Part shown: piece by piece, positions 1 to 27,477 of the stretch | Layout of the letters: every line of letters starts with the position of its first letter | Position numbering within the stretch: position 1 is the first letter of the stretch | Origin: Octopus sinensis | Lineage: Eukaryota | Direction of reading: 5' to 3' | Length of the DNA: 64,000 bases | Assembly (NCBI RefSeq): GCF_006345805.1 | Contig: NW_021832227.1 | Location: forward strand, 372,001 to 436,000 | Made by a program: the position numbers and the translations under genes | The notes under the pieces: model-generated | What the model was told of the DNA's origin: nothing | The model's input: the letters and a program-made list of their open reading frames with translations, nothing else | Database searches by the model: none

Positions 1-171
1 CCAGCCTCTTTTAGAAACCTTCGCATCTTTTCTATGTGTTCTACAGCGAATTGTCTAAGAGGTCGGGGATCCCGAACATGGACTTTTTCCTGAGGTCTCC
101 ACCGTTTTCTTTCACAATTTCTTCTAGTCCCTTTGGTTGAATTTTGTTCCCCGTGACATTCGCTAGGAGGT

Positions 172-760
172 TTACAATCTCCATTTGAATATTGTCGATT
201 TTTTGACATTTTTATATGCTAGATTGCTTCCCCATACTGTACATCCGTAACCAATTGTCGGTTTAATATATTGGGAATACAGAGACTCTAATCCGCAAGT
301 TCCTTTGGCGTCTTCTAAGTTTCCTAGAAATGCTTTAAGAACGTTTAGTTTCTTATTGCATTTCGTCAACACATTTTCCGTATGGGGAGTAAAGGTTAGA
401 AAGGTGTCAAAGGTGATCCCGAGTATCTTTAGAGTTTTATTTTGATAAATTGATTTCCCTTCCATGGTCACATTTATCGACAAATAACCCCAGTCTTTTG
501 TTAGTTGTGAAAAAATTAGCTCAGACTTTCCGGGCTTGCTTTCAACAGATTGGGATTGAGGCATATACACAGGTTGTTTATATTTTTCTGTAATCTTCTT
601 GTAGCTTCGCTGACACATATATCCCTCGATGCAACGATTATATCATCCGCATATGATATTAAAGTGTCATTCTTGTTTTCAGGAAGAGGCATATCGTTCA
701 ACATTAGGTTGAATAATATGGGGGATAGAAGGAACTTTGTGGCACTCCATTCGGTAGTAA
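172..760 (-). mobile_element. Degenerate non-LTR retrotransposon RT fragment (I-group/Vingi-like)
   Basis: Frameshifted ORFs with ISYADDII, KILGITFD and KKLNVLKA, matching the element at 27830-29716. Confidence 0.8.
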
Positions 761-3057
761 CCTCGATGCAGATCTTCGATTGCTCCTGTAGACTTTATAA
801 AATGCAAAAAAAGGCATTTGGTAAATTCTCATTGAGTCTCACAAAAACATCAAAATTCATTGAGTTTAAGGAAAATAATAATAATTTTTTGTAGATAATC
901 TGATCGAATCGCAACAAACACACATTAACAATTATTCCATAAATGATGATTGGGCTTACATTATAAAATATGATATTTCATTAAACAAACTATTTATGCC
1001 GTGGCTTGGAGAATTGTTTTACGGAGGCTCTATGCGAGTTAAATCACCATCAAAAGCTAGAAGTTGTGTCGATCAAATCATAATGGATCAAAACCGAAGT
1101 GTCTTTTTCAATGCTAACCACAATTATAGTGATCAACAAGTGTTCTTCAGGACCATCCTGATTGTAGGCACAGAGATTCTTTTAGCCTTTAGTCAAGTTT
1201 TGCTCCATAAGCCAATTTCAATGCTAAACGTATTGTTTTTGTTAACTTTTCGATTAGGTAGTCACTCTCATCCGTACCGAACCAGCCCTTGTAGCCATGT
1301 GTGATGACTGGCTGTATACACGTTCTGTACACGCAGATGTACGTATCCGGACCCAGATGAAACCTGGTTAAACTTTTAAGGATCTTTACACTTTTCTTTC
1401 TCTGATTTATTACGTTCTCAAAATACGAGAAACCACAGTTGAAAATTATTCCAAGCTAGTCGAAATTAAAGCTCTTGGAGAGATTCATAGCATAACGACT
1501 TAGCATCAAAGCACAAAGGCTTCCTCTTCGCATCCATAAAATGGTGCTTTTTTAGGTGCTAAGGTCAAACCCTTTTCTACTGTCAACTTATTTAGCGTAA
1601 AAAGGTATTACTCAAATTAAGACTGGGAAATCCTTTTTAATGTATCCATGACCAATCTTTCATCAGCATATATACAATATGGTCCAAAAATATTACACCC
1701 CTTATTTTTTTGTCGAAAAAATCTTATATCTGTTAGAATAATACATTTATTTAATTATTGTATGACAAGTTTGTCAGTATAACGGGCGGCGACGAAATGT
1801 TCCCAAGAACGAGCTTAGAAAGAAGTAAACTCACGATCCTCGCGGAGCGCGCCTTATAAGCTCTACATATCCTGATAGAGAGTTTCTATAGCAAACAAAA
1901 ATTTTCTTCCAGACAAATTGCTCTCCAGACATCGATAGATTTTCATTTTGAATGAGAATTATTAAGAAATCATAAAATAATTTAAAGAATTTTTTATTGA
2001 TACTAAACCACAATATTAGTAAATAAACTAATTAAAGTCAGAAAGACCAAATAGTGCGAATAGCGTTAAAGATTCCCACATCGTAATAGTTGAAGTTGAG
2101 AAGAATCATCAATGTGAATGAAGAACAAAAAATGAGCAACATCTGAGCAATTTTATCAATCAACTGGCCTCTGTAATTGAGATAATCCTTCAGTACAATT
2201 GAAACATTCCTACAATTGAATATTAATTAAAACCAATGGGCATGTAACCAAACCACACTGGTTAGAATAAATTCTACATACGGTCCACCCACAAAAAACG
2301 ACAAAGGGATGAGCGGGTAGATTGACAGAGAAACGTATCGTTCAATCAACCAGTGCTTAGAGTGGCTGAGATATCCATGAGTTTCTTGAAGAGAATAACC
2401 CACAAAAATGAGACACCATTATAATCGTTGCCCCTCTTGAGTGCCTGACGAGCTATCACGTTATTTACTGAAGAAGTGTGCAATGTGCGGGCCAAAGCAG
2501 ATGATGTAAGATCTAATATCCCTATTATTAAAATATACTTATGTTAGATGATAATATCTTTGAGGATAAATTTCTAAACACACAAGAAAGTACCATTATG
2601 AAATATTTATTAACACAAGCCAACAGAGCCGACTATTTATTAAAAAATAAAATTAACTTTTTTCTTAAAACTATATATAAACTACGACTCTGGGTAATTT
2701 CAATTTAGTTATCTTCTCTTTTTTTTAGTGGCTCTTTTGATAAAAAAAGAAAAGAAGAAAATTGAAAAGATATTTAGTTAAGTTAGTGCTGTCAACACAC
2801 AATTCAAAAACGCCAATCATTCTCAAAAAATAAAATAATCAATAACTTCAAAGCAAACATAAACTAATTATTGTTAATTATCTTCCATGAATTTAAATAA
2901 TTCTGTATTCTCGACAGATTTTTTTGATTTAGTAATCCAGAACCAGGGAATCAACATTACTTATTTAGAGGATCTCGCTGGCTGTTTTACGAGGGAATTA
3001 TCTCTCATTTGTGCGAGCAGGTTCTAGCTGATGTTTCTTTTTTTCCTTTTTATTTGA

Positions 3058-3730
3058 TTAAAACTGTTTATGTTTAAAAAAGTAATCCTGAACTCCGTGC
3101 CATTTCTGATTGCAAATATTTACAAAGCCCGTGATGTATAAAAATTTCTTCTGATTTGTTGAATATCTCTCTGCAACTTTTTTTAGAAGGTTCATGGCTA
3201 ATTCATATTTTGAATATACGTCTACTACAGACAATAACCAAGAAAAATTATCATTTTGATTCTCAAATCTACAATAATGACTAATAAATTTTAAAATTTT
3301 TAAAAACAATCAAATCGACTTGAAACCTTTCATTAGGTAAATTTACGACAACATGGCTCAAATTGTCACACTGTTTCAGTGGCACAGAAACTTGAATATA
3401 TATACCACTCACTTACGACTAAACGAATGATGTTTGTCTTAATTACAAAAAATCTCCTTCTGAAGAATGCATTATGTCCATAATGGTTTATTTCATGCAT
3501 TTCTTGAGCAATGATTTTCATTTCTTCTGTGCTTGTTAAAGCTATAAAAAGCTTTTGAAGTCGATTAGTATTTTGCAAATATAGCTTTCTGCAATTAAGA
3601 ATGAAATTTTAACTTTCTTTTTTAGTCGAAACTTTCCAACTTTCAAAATATTCACGTCTTTCTTACCAAGAATGGATTTCACTAAGTTGTGCTTTGCATC
3701 ATCTTTAACAAAGACACTGGCATTGTCCAT
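3058..3730 (-). mobile_element. Decayed Ginger-like (rve integrase) transposase remnant
   Basis: Fragments show an HHCC-like HEINHYGH...VVSEW and the integrase core start WLLSVVDVYSKY; collinear with the integrase at 52539-54209. Confidence 0.7.
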
Positions 3731-4336
3731 TAGGGTAACATAATTATTTTAACGTTGATTATCATTTTATGGCGACCTATGACAGCTGTCAGTGTTATTA
3801 CTCGCAGGAGAAAATTGAGTTCTTTAAGGACAATGAAAAATTTTACAAAGCCGTCCATCAAATCATAGGCAAGTTGCCAAGACAAGTCCTGACCTTACGA
3901 GACAAGAATGTTTTAGTTAATCGAAGTAGGACCAGAAGGTTTTTACTTGTTTTTTTCTCTTGTGTGTGGATCTTTTATAAACAAACCGATCCCGCAATGG
4001 AGGGCCACTGATGACGAGGTCACTTGCCAAACCGAAACCACCAGAAAGATACTAATGAACTGATACACTAATACTCTTGTAAAACTTGCAAACATAAGCT
4101 TGTAAAAGACAGGAATACAAAGAGCTTAGGCACTAATAATTTTGTCTTGACGAAATCAATTGAGGATCCGTCCGGGATTCTCTACACGAAAACAGGAGGA
4201 GGATTTCGAGGCAAGTTGAAGGCAGTTTAGTCACAAAAAATTAATTAGATAGATTCATTAATAACTTAGTCTACTTTTAAATATATTATTTAAAATTATT
4301 ATTTTTTGAACGTTTTTTTTAATTATTAAATGATTT

Positions 4337-4804
4337 ATGGCTGATTATAATGTTTGTAAAGTTGTTGTTGTGGGTTATGCTTCAAATGACAAAGCAGAAT
4401 TTATTCAAAAAATTACAAAAAGCACACATAAAGACTACAAACATCCAATTGGTTGTAACGTGGATATAATAATACATAATTCAAAGTCTGGAAGCCGACA
4501 AGAGTCGATAATCGAAATATGGAACGTATCATGTTCAAACGAGGATATTGATCATTTGGAATTATTCACAAAAGAAGTCAACGGAGTCATTTTAGTCTGC
4601 AATTCTATTCAAAAAGAAATGCACCTCTACACTCGAATAACAGATAATAACAGAAATGCAAGTATTCCTCTCTTGGTTGTATCCTCTGGAAATTTATCTG
4701 TCCTCTACTGTGGCAATTTTCCAATGACAGATTCTCCTTCTGCGCTTCTTTCAGAGTTTTTTGACAGAGTTTCTGAATGTATGTTAAACTCTTTCTATCA
4801 ATAG
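4337..4804 (+). CDS. RABL3: RABL3-like small GTPase with degenerate nucleotide-binding motifs, intronless
   Basis: KVVVVG, IGCNVDIIIH, IIEIWNVS and VNGVILV align with RABL3 KVLVLG, VGCSVDVRVH, YIELWDVG and VNGII (recalled sequence). Confidence 0.6.
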   Translation: MADYNVCKVVVVGYASNDKAEFIQKITKSTHKDYKHPIGCNVDIIIHNSKSGSRQESIIEIWNVSCSNEDIDHLELFTKEVNGVILVCNSIQKEMHLYTRITDNNRNASIPLLVVSSGNLSVLYCGNFPMTDSPSALLSEFFDRVSECMLNSFYQ

Positions 4805-5358
4805 TTTTTGATACTTTTTACAATTTTGATAAATTTCTTATTTTTGTTGTAAAGTACTTATTTCGGTTGGATGAATACTAAATAGTTTTATTTGAAAATT
4901 GTCAACGTAAATGAATTTTAAACAATTAATCTTACTTACCACATGTCATATGTTTTAGACTTGTGGTCAACAAGAATTAAACACCACAAAAAATGAATTC
5001 ATTTCTAAAAAGTTGATGAATCAAATTCAAAACATTTTTGAGTTAGTTGATGACTTTTTTTGAAGAATGTCGAGTAATATTGAAAAATAGAATAACTCAA
5101 TTAGAAATAATTTGTTTATTCTTTTATAGATAAAGACTAATTTTCTTAAAATTGATTTTATAAGAAAACCTAAAGAAAAATCGAATTTCGATACAATTCG
5201 ATTAATAAAATAAAAAAATAGTTTTATTAATATACATGTCGGTCCAATTTCTTTAAAAAATATTTATTTAAAAAATTAATATATTTCTAAAATAAAATAA
5301 GTATAAAATTCTAAATCAATTAGTAAACTTTATCACATCTGTTATCGGCTTGTGAAGA

Positions 5359-20875
<15,517 letters not shown>

Positions 20876-21399
20876 CATATTCTCTTTTATCATTAATCGC
20901 ATTTATTTGTTTTTGAATATTATTATTAGGGTAAAGTTAATGATTTTAATTCATTTCATAAGCTAAAACCCTTCTATTTGTCTCATTATAACAGAATATT
21001 TTAAATTCTTTTATTTTTGATAAAGATCCAGTTTTTGAACAGGTCAATGTGATTATTCCTTCTATTATTAAACGTTTATTCATTTTCTCTCCCTTTGCAG
21101 ACCTCCAAGAAGGTGCAGTCTACCGCCTATTAGAAAAGTGTTGGATCGGCGAGCATGAAAGCTTTCAATAATGATTAATGTGACCATTTTTTGTCAACCA
21201 AAAAACTTTTAAAGCTTTTTAAGTTTTTGATTTTTTCTTTCTTTTCATACTATTGTATATTTTTTTAGTTTGCATGTATACCGTGAGTCGAACAAAGAAC
21301 AATTTTGCAAGTTTTTCTTTTATCGAAAAAGTCTATTAATCAAGAAATTTACGTAATTTTATAGAATTTTAATTTGAAAAACATTTGTTAACTTGCTTC

Positions 21400-21691
21400 A
21401 CATTTAACTTCGAGTGCTCTGGAGGCTAAATCTGCTGCTAAGAAGGCTGAAGATTTATTCTCCCTGTCGAAGGAGTTTTTCGTGGTGCCGATAGCGGTGG
21501 AGACGTCGGGTGCTCTTGGTCCAAAGACGGAAAAGTTCCTTAGCAAGCTCGGAGCCAAAATCTCAATGGGCACTCACGATCCTCGGGAGGTCTACTGGCT
21601 ATTGCAGCGGTTCTCGATCGCTATTATCCGGGGAAACAGTTTGGCAATCCGCCAGGCTGTATATCGTAAACATAATAATGAATATTTTTGA
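21400..21691 (+). mobile_element. 3' fragment of CRE-clade non-LTR retrotransposon (RLE domain)
   Basis: PIAVETSGALG...WLLQRFSIAIIRGN matches the C-terminus of ORF 58194-61091. Confidence 0.8.
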
Positions 21692-21828
21692 TTAATTAAA
21701 TTATTTGTTAACTTTGAAAATACAATAATTTTTCTATTAATCTGTAAAATTGTTAATTTATTGTTGAATTAATTTATTTATCAACTTTTTATAAAATAGG
21801 TTTATGTTTACTCAAAACACTACAAAAT

Positions 21829-22599
21829 ATGCTTGTTGATGTTACAGAATATTTACTTCCACTTGGAATCTTTATTGTATCCTTATTTTTCTATCTAATT
21901 CCTTTCGTCACTAAAATAATTCATTCAAAATCAAAATTTTGTTCAAATTTATCTAATGAGTGCTTTGTAGATGGAATTTTATGCACATTAACACTAACTA
22001 TATTCATTCCGGCTTCTAATATGTCATATAAAAACGCATTGAACTGCTTTTCATTTAAAGATAAATTTTCTTTGGATGCTTCAGTATTCATTGTGCTCAT
22101 ATTTTTTATTATTCTTCTTATTGAATCCATATTTTTGAAAAGCCGTAAGAAAAATAATGGAAATTCAAACGACTTTTTTGTCTCCTTTTTAGCTATCACT
22201 ATCCACTCTTTCTTTGATGGAATTACTATGGGCCTTCAAAAACATACTGAAAATTTGATTCCTGTTTTTTTCGGTATCATTTTTCACCGAATTTTTGTTT
22301 CAATGGCAACCGGAGCCAGAGCATCTGCTAATTGTTTTACCATTAAAATCCAGGCAATTTTGGCTTTAATTTTTTCTACTTCTTTTTTGGCGGGAGTTAT
22401 GTTGGGATTTTGTAATTTTCAGAGACAGTATGTATGCTACGGAAGAATTTTTGAAACTGTTGTTAATTCCTTAGGTTCTGGTTTTCTTTTATACGCCATC
22501 TTTGTACAGAAAATGGGACAATATGCTGGAACTCCAAAATATTGCTTTTGGGCTTTCATGGGAGCCTTGTCAATGATTTTTATTCAATGCTTATTTTAA
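21829..22599 (+). CDS. ZIP (SLC39) family zinc/metal transporter, intronless
   Basis: Multi-TM 256-aa ORF with ZIP signature AITIHSFFDGITMG, TM5 GIIFHR and GFLLY. Confidence 0.85.
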   Translation: MLVDVTEYLLPLGIFIVSLFFYLIPFVTKIIHSKSKFCSNLSNECFVDGILCTLTLTIFIPASNMSYKNALNCFSFKDKFSLDASVFIVLIFFIILLIESIFLKSRKKNNGNSNDFFVSFLAITIHSFFDGITMGLQKHTENLIPVFFGIIFHRIFVSMATGARASANCFTIKIQAILALIFSTSFLAGVMLGFCNFQRQYVCYGRIFETVVNSLGSGFLLYAIFVQKMGQYAGTPKYCFWAFMGALSMIFIQCLF

Positions 22600-23275
22600 T
22601 TTTTTAATTGGTATACAACCTATATTTAGTATATATTGAGTACATTAGAAAGTAACATCTGTCATATAATTAAATTTCCTGTCTATTACAATAATAAGGG
22701 TCTGCATCACTTAAATAATATTAATACAGACAAATACTTATAATTTATGAAAGTAACTCCTTAGAAGATCTGGTCGAGACTATGTTTTGGTATTATTTAT
22801 TTAGAAATTAGTTATAGTTTGTAGATATATCAAGATCATAGTGACCTTGAAATTATTTTCGTTAGAAATTATTTTTGGCAAGGTCTGCGATGTTGAATAA
22901 TAAATATCTTTTTAAAGATTAATTTTGAAAATATTGATTAATAAATTTGTGACTAGACAATCTTATAATCTATAAGCTCGAACTTTTGAAATCTGTATAT
23001 TAAAAACAATTGATTCTGTATATCTTAGGTTTCTTTAATTGAATGTGATCTAAAATATCATGTTTAGAAAATTAATTTTATATTTCATTAATCATATTAA
23101 ATTGATTTCTATAATTCATTCACTTTTGATCTGGTGTAAATTTAATGTCAAAAAGACATAAAATTGGAACTAATTAAGACACGCAGGAGAACGGATTGAC
23201 AGATAATTGCTCCGGGGAATGGAAAAAAGAATCTTTTCAAAAAGCCAGCTCGTCTCGTTGCGGTTAAATGTTCTA

Positions 23276-24127
23276 TACCCTTCCAAGTTCAATATGGGAA
23301 TTTCCAAATTCAATATGGGATTTTCAAGTTCAAGGATTTTCAAGTCGGTTATTGAATTCATTTATTAATTTAAAATCGCCTTACATTATAAAATGTACGT
23401 TAATAAAAAGAAAGAATTAGCTGAAAAAAGAAAAAATTTGTTGACTGTTTACGAAAATGATGGGGATTGGAATCAAGTTGCATGTTCTCTCGGAATAAAA
23501 AAAACAACTGCATACAGGTGGATAAAAGAAGGCTTTAAGGATGATTCAAGAGGTGGTTTTCGATATTCAAAAATTTCAAATACCGTACTTGAAGAAAATG
23601 AATTCACAGAAAACAAAATACTTCGACTTGCACCTTACAGTCCAATGTTAAATCCAATCGAACAAATATGGTCTAAAATGAAAGCTTTTGTAAAAAGAAA
23701 AATGGCTGAAAATCTTGGGAATATCTTAGATAGAAATGAACCTGACTTGTCAAAAACAGAATTTCGGAAACAGAGATTCGAGGATTTAATTAAACAATCT
23801 ATGGACGAAGTTACTCCAAAGATTTGTGCTAAGTTAATAGCCAGAATCCAAGGACTATTGCCTTCTTTATTAAATTACAAGGACGTAACATTTTAATTTT
23901 TCCGTTTGATATAAATGAGTCATGATTTTTTTTCAAATATTTTAAAATTAACTTGGAAATCCCATATTGAATTTGGAAAATCCCACTTTGAACATGGAAA
24001 TCCCATATTGAATTTGGAAAATCCCACTTTGAACATGGAAATCCCATATTGAATTTGGAAAATCCCACTTTGAACTTGGAAATCTCATATTGAATTTGGA
24101 AATTCCCATATTGAACTTGGAAAGGTA
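23276..24127 (+). mobile_element. Internally deleted IS630/Tc1-mariner element
   Basis: ~45-bp TIRs (tacccttccaagttcaatatgggaatttccaaattcaatatg and reverse complement), TA flanks, ORF 23393-23896 fusing an HTH to LAPYSPMLNPIEQIW. Confidence 0.85.
23950..24120. repeat. Subterminal tandem array of alternating 19/20-nt units (39-bp period) in the Tc1-like element
   Basis: aaatcccatattgaatttgga and aaatcccactttgaacatgg alternate, about 8-9 units. Confidence 0.9.
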
Positions 24128-24739
24128 TAGAGCAGATAGTGTTAATTAATATCTTAGACATTATAAGGCGTTTTAGTCATTTCAGAGTATCATGATTGGA
24201 TATAAAAATAATTAAATATCACTTGACAATTTAAGATATCTTTTAATATGAAGTAGGCCAAGTTATATTTACCATACTTGGCCATCTTATTAGACAGGAA
24301 AAAAATAGTGTACGTCATGTTTATGAAAATCACAGTTTTTGCATTTCAAAGTTCCATTCTAAATCACGTTTGAAGAATTAAGTTGGTAGCACATGGTTGA
24401 CGCCACATGATAATTAAGGTTCATGAACAGATAAAATTCGCAGGCTTAAGTTTTGTAACTTTACAGTTGTGATTTACAAAAATTACTATATTTAAAAGAA
24501 ATGTTAGAGGATTGACTTACAGTTGTCCTGGTAATCCTTTGGAACGGTCAGTTCATCTTGCAACGGACAAAAGTTTAGGAAGAGATAAAGACTCAGAGAG
24601 GAAAGCATATTTTTGAAGCCAGAAGTTTATTTAAAATAAATAAAATGTTTACTATCAAGGAATGAATAATTAAAAAACTAACATTAATACAATCATTTAT
24701 TAGCATGATAATTGAAAGTATTTTAGGGAATGAATAATT

Positions 24740-24830
24740 AAAAAGTAACTATTTAGAAATAAAACGTCAGAGCTAAGTTTAGACAATCATGTAACATCAT
24801 TAAGTATTTTCATCATACAGAAAATAGTTT
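24740..24830 (-). repeat. Dispersed diverged monomer of the 135-bp C/D-box-like repeat
   Basis: aacgtcagagctaagtttagacaatcatgtaacatcattaagtattttcatcat matches the array unit at 40835-42051. Confidence 0.85.
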
Positions 24831-25161
24831 TATAGATTATCTTATGATCAAAAAAGAGAAATTATAAATTATTTTATTGATAACTCTTCTCTGAGTTTAA
24901 GTCGTGTTTGAAAAATTTTTTCGTCGCGTTTTAACAAATCAATTTCTAGACGTGCAACTAACGATCTTAAATTATGTAGTTCCTGAAATTGGTGCAGGAG
25001 TCATGTCGTTGCTCTATAAACCATGTTGTGTATGAAGCTGGATTTATTTCCGTTTATTAGCCATCCTGCCAATCTGGCGACGTCCACATCAGTGCTTTTC
25101 AGGCACATTGAATCTCCTTCAGTTCCTTGTATGTCAATCTCATCGCTTTAGCAATTTTGTA

Positions 25162-26598
25162 CAGTAAAACCTCTGGTGCTCGCCACCTCTGTTACTCGTC
25201 ACTTCTATTGCTCGCCACATATTTTCCAAAAAATTAAAAATTTCTAGTAAATTTTGATAAATATTCTATTGCTCGCCATTTTCTAAATCTCGCCATTAAT
25301 TTTTTAAAATATTTTTTTTGGTTAAACTATTTTTTATATAAAATATTTCAACCATGCTAAATTCAACATGCGTAAGAGCACAAGATTCTCTTTTAATGAA
25401 AAACGTCGGATTATTGCGTACATGGAGGAGAACAAAAATCTCACGATGGACCGTATAGCTTACATTTTTTCTTCTGTTTTGAAGAAAAAAATATCTCGAA
25501 GGGCTGTAAACGATTTTAGACTTGGAAAAGAGAAAATAATGTCTACTGATCCTATTTTCTCCAATAAGAAGGGATTATCTAACTTAACTTATTCTGTTAT
25601 TGACACCGAACTATTAACTTGGATGGAATACATTGAGCTGCATTTGATCAGAAACAAGAAATTGATCTCTGCAAAGATTCAACAATATAATGCTGAAAAC
25701 ATTTATAACGCTGATGAACTGGGATTTTTTTACAAATCTATCCAGTCAAAAATTGTTTGTCAGAAGGTTCGATATGGACATAAAATCCTTAAAGAACGGT
25801 TTAATTTTTATTTATTTTTTAGATTTTCTTTGTTGCTATGCTCAAATATGACTGGGACAGACAAAAATTCCACTTATGATTGGAAAGTTCCAGAAACCTC
25901 GCTGCTTTAAAAAATTTTAAAGTCGAAAATTTTGTCGATTACTGTCATTCATCAAAAGCATGGACGACAAGTAAAATTTTTAACGAATGGCTTTTAACAT
26001 GGGATAGGCATCTAAAAAAACGAAAAATTCTTTTAGTTGTGAATCGATGCCAATCCCATAAACTTTACGCTGATTTAGAGTCAATTGAAGTTCTTTACCT
26101 ACCTTCGAAGACTACAACAATTCTACAACCAATGGATCAAGGAATCATTAGATCCTTCAAAGGACATTTTAATAAATTTAAATTGAGTTTATGTTAGAAA
26201 AAATTGAAAATGGAGAAAATCCACTGGAAGCTCATACATAATTAATTTTAAAAGACGGTCTTCTTTTTGCATATTTTGCCTGGAAAAAAGTAACGACCAA
26301 AACAAGTACAAATTGTTTCGGACATTCAAAATAGATCGAATGTGAAAATCAACTCGAAAGACCAACTGTTGAAATTGATAATTTTTAGTTAATTATTTCT
26401 TTTTAATTTCTTTTGATTCTCTTTGTTTCTTTGCTTAAATATGACTTGGAAGGGTCACTTAGGAAAGTATCGAAAACCGAGATGTTTTTAAAATTTCAAA
26501 GTCAAAAAATTTATTGATTATTTCCATTGCTCGCCAAATTCTATTGCTCGCCATTTTTTCTTCGGTCCCGAAAATGGCGAGCACCAGAGGTTTTACTG
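25162..26598 (+). mobile_element. pogo/Tigger-like DNA transposon, defective, with a 24-nt intron at 25799-25822
   Basis: Perfect 24-bp TIRs cagtaaaacctctggtgctcgcca, TA TSD, subterminal ttctattgctcgcca repeats, motifs IYNADELGFF, KAWTT and LQPMDQGII. Confidence 0.92.
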
Positions 26599-27477
26599 TA
26601 CTTTAAAGAAACAAAATTAACGAAGATAAAAAATAGTTGATTTTATATTTATAAAAAAAATTTCGAACCTACAAAAAATTGACGCTACGACATTAGACAA
26701 AAATAATCATTGAAATCTAAAAAAATCGCAAGTAAAATTAAATGGGTCTCATGAGGGTTCTTCGTGCACATAAAAATCAACGAACGAACCTGTCTAACAA
26801 AAGAGCGAGTAGATGGTTGACAATTACGAAAATTTTCATGACTATGGGCTGGAGGATAAAGTCTTCGCTGAGATTTAGAAGAACAAATCGTGGGTAAAGC
26901 AACATCCGCAGGTGAACGTAAACCGATTCTTCTAAATCGGACCTACAAAATTGCTTGCTTCCAGGATATATCGTGAAGTGAATGTTGCATAGCGTAGAAC
27001 ATACAAAAGTCTAAACAGAAATCTGTAATCAGGCATTTTGAAATGACAAGAAATTATAAGCACGTTTAGAAATTTATTTAATTTAAAAAAAACTTCAACT
27101 CGCAAAAAATCTGGAACACAAAGTGGTCACCTGTTGCTTAAAAAAGATACAAATAACAGAACATGGACTCTCTTAGATGGCAGATTACACGCTTGTTATT
27201 CTTCCAATGATCTGTCGTCACTACGAGATTTAATAATCAACCGAAATTTAGACAAAAACGTATCCAGGGTGTGTCAGTCTCGAAAAAGATGCATTGCTTC
27301 AAATTAAAGAGGGAACAAGACACAAAGATGTAATATGTACGCGGAAATAACAGGGGGCATTAAACGCCTATGTAAAAGGATACTAAATCTACCACTAGGA
27401 AAATTTGATTACCTAATGATTTTGCGTTACTGCAATAAAAAAATAACAAACTTCGTAACATCAATATATCGCATTAA

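Noticed and set aside
1670-2450. Possible mariner remnant (FLKRIT-like)
   Set aside because: Too decayed; no paired TIRs identified.
3985-4050. Hammerhead-like ctgatga..ggt..acc gaaac
   Set aside because: Extra bases before stem II and no consistent stem I/III or cleavage triplet.
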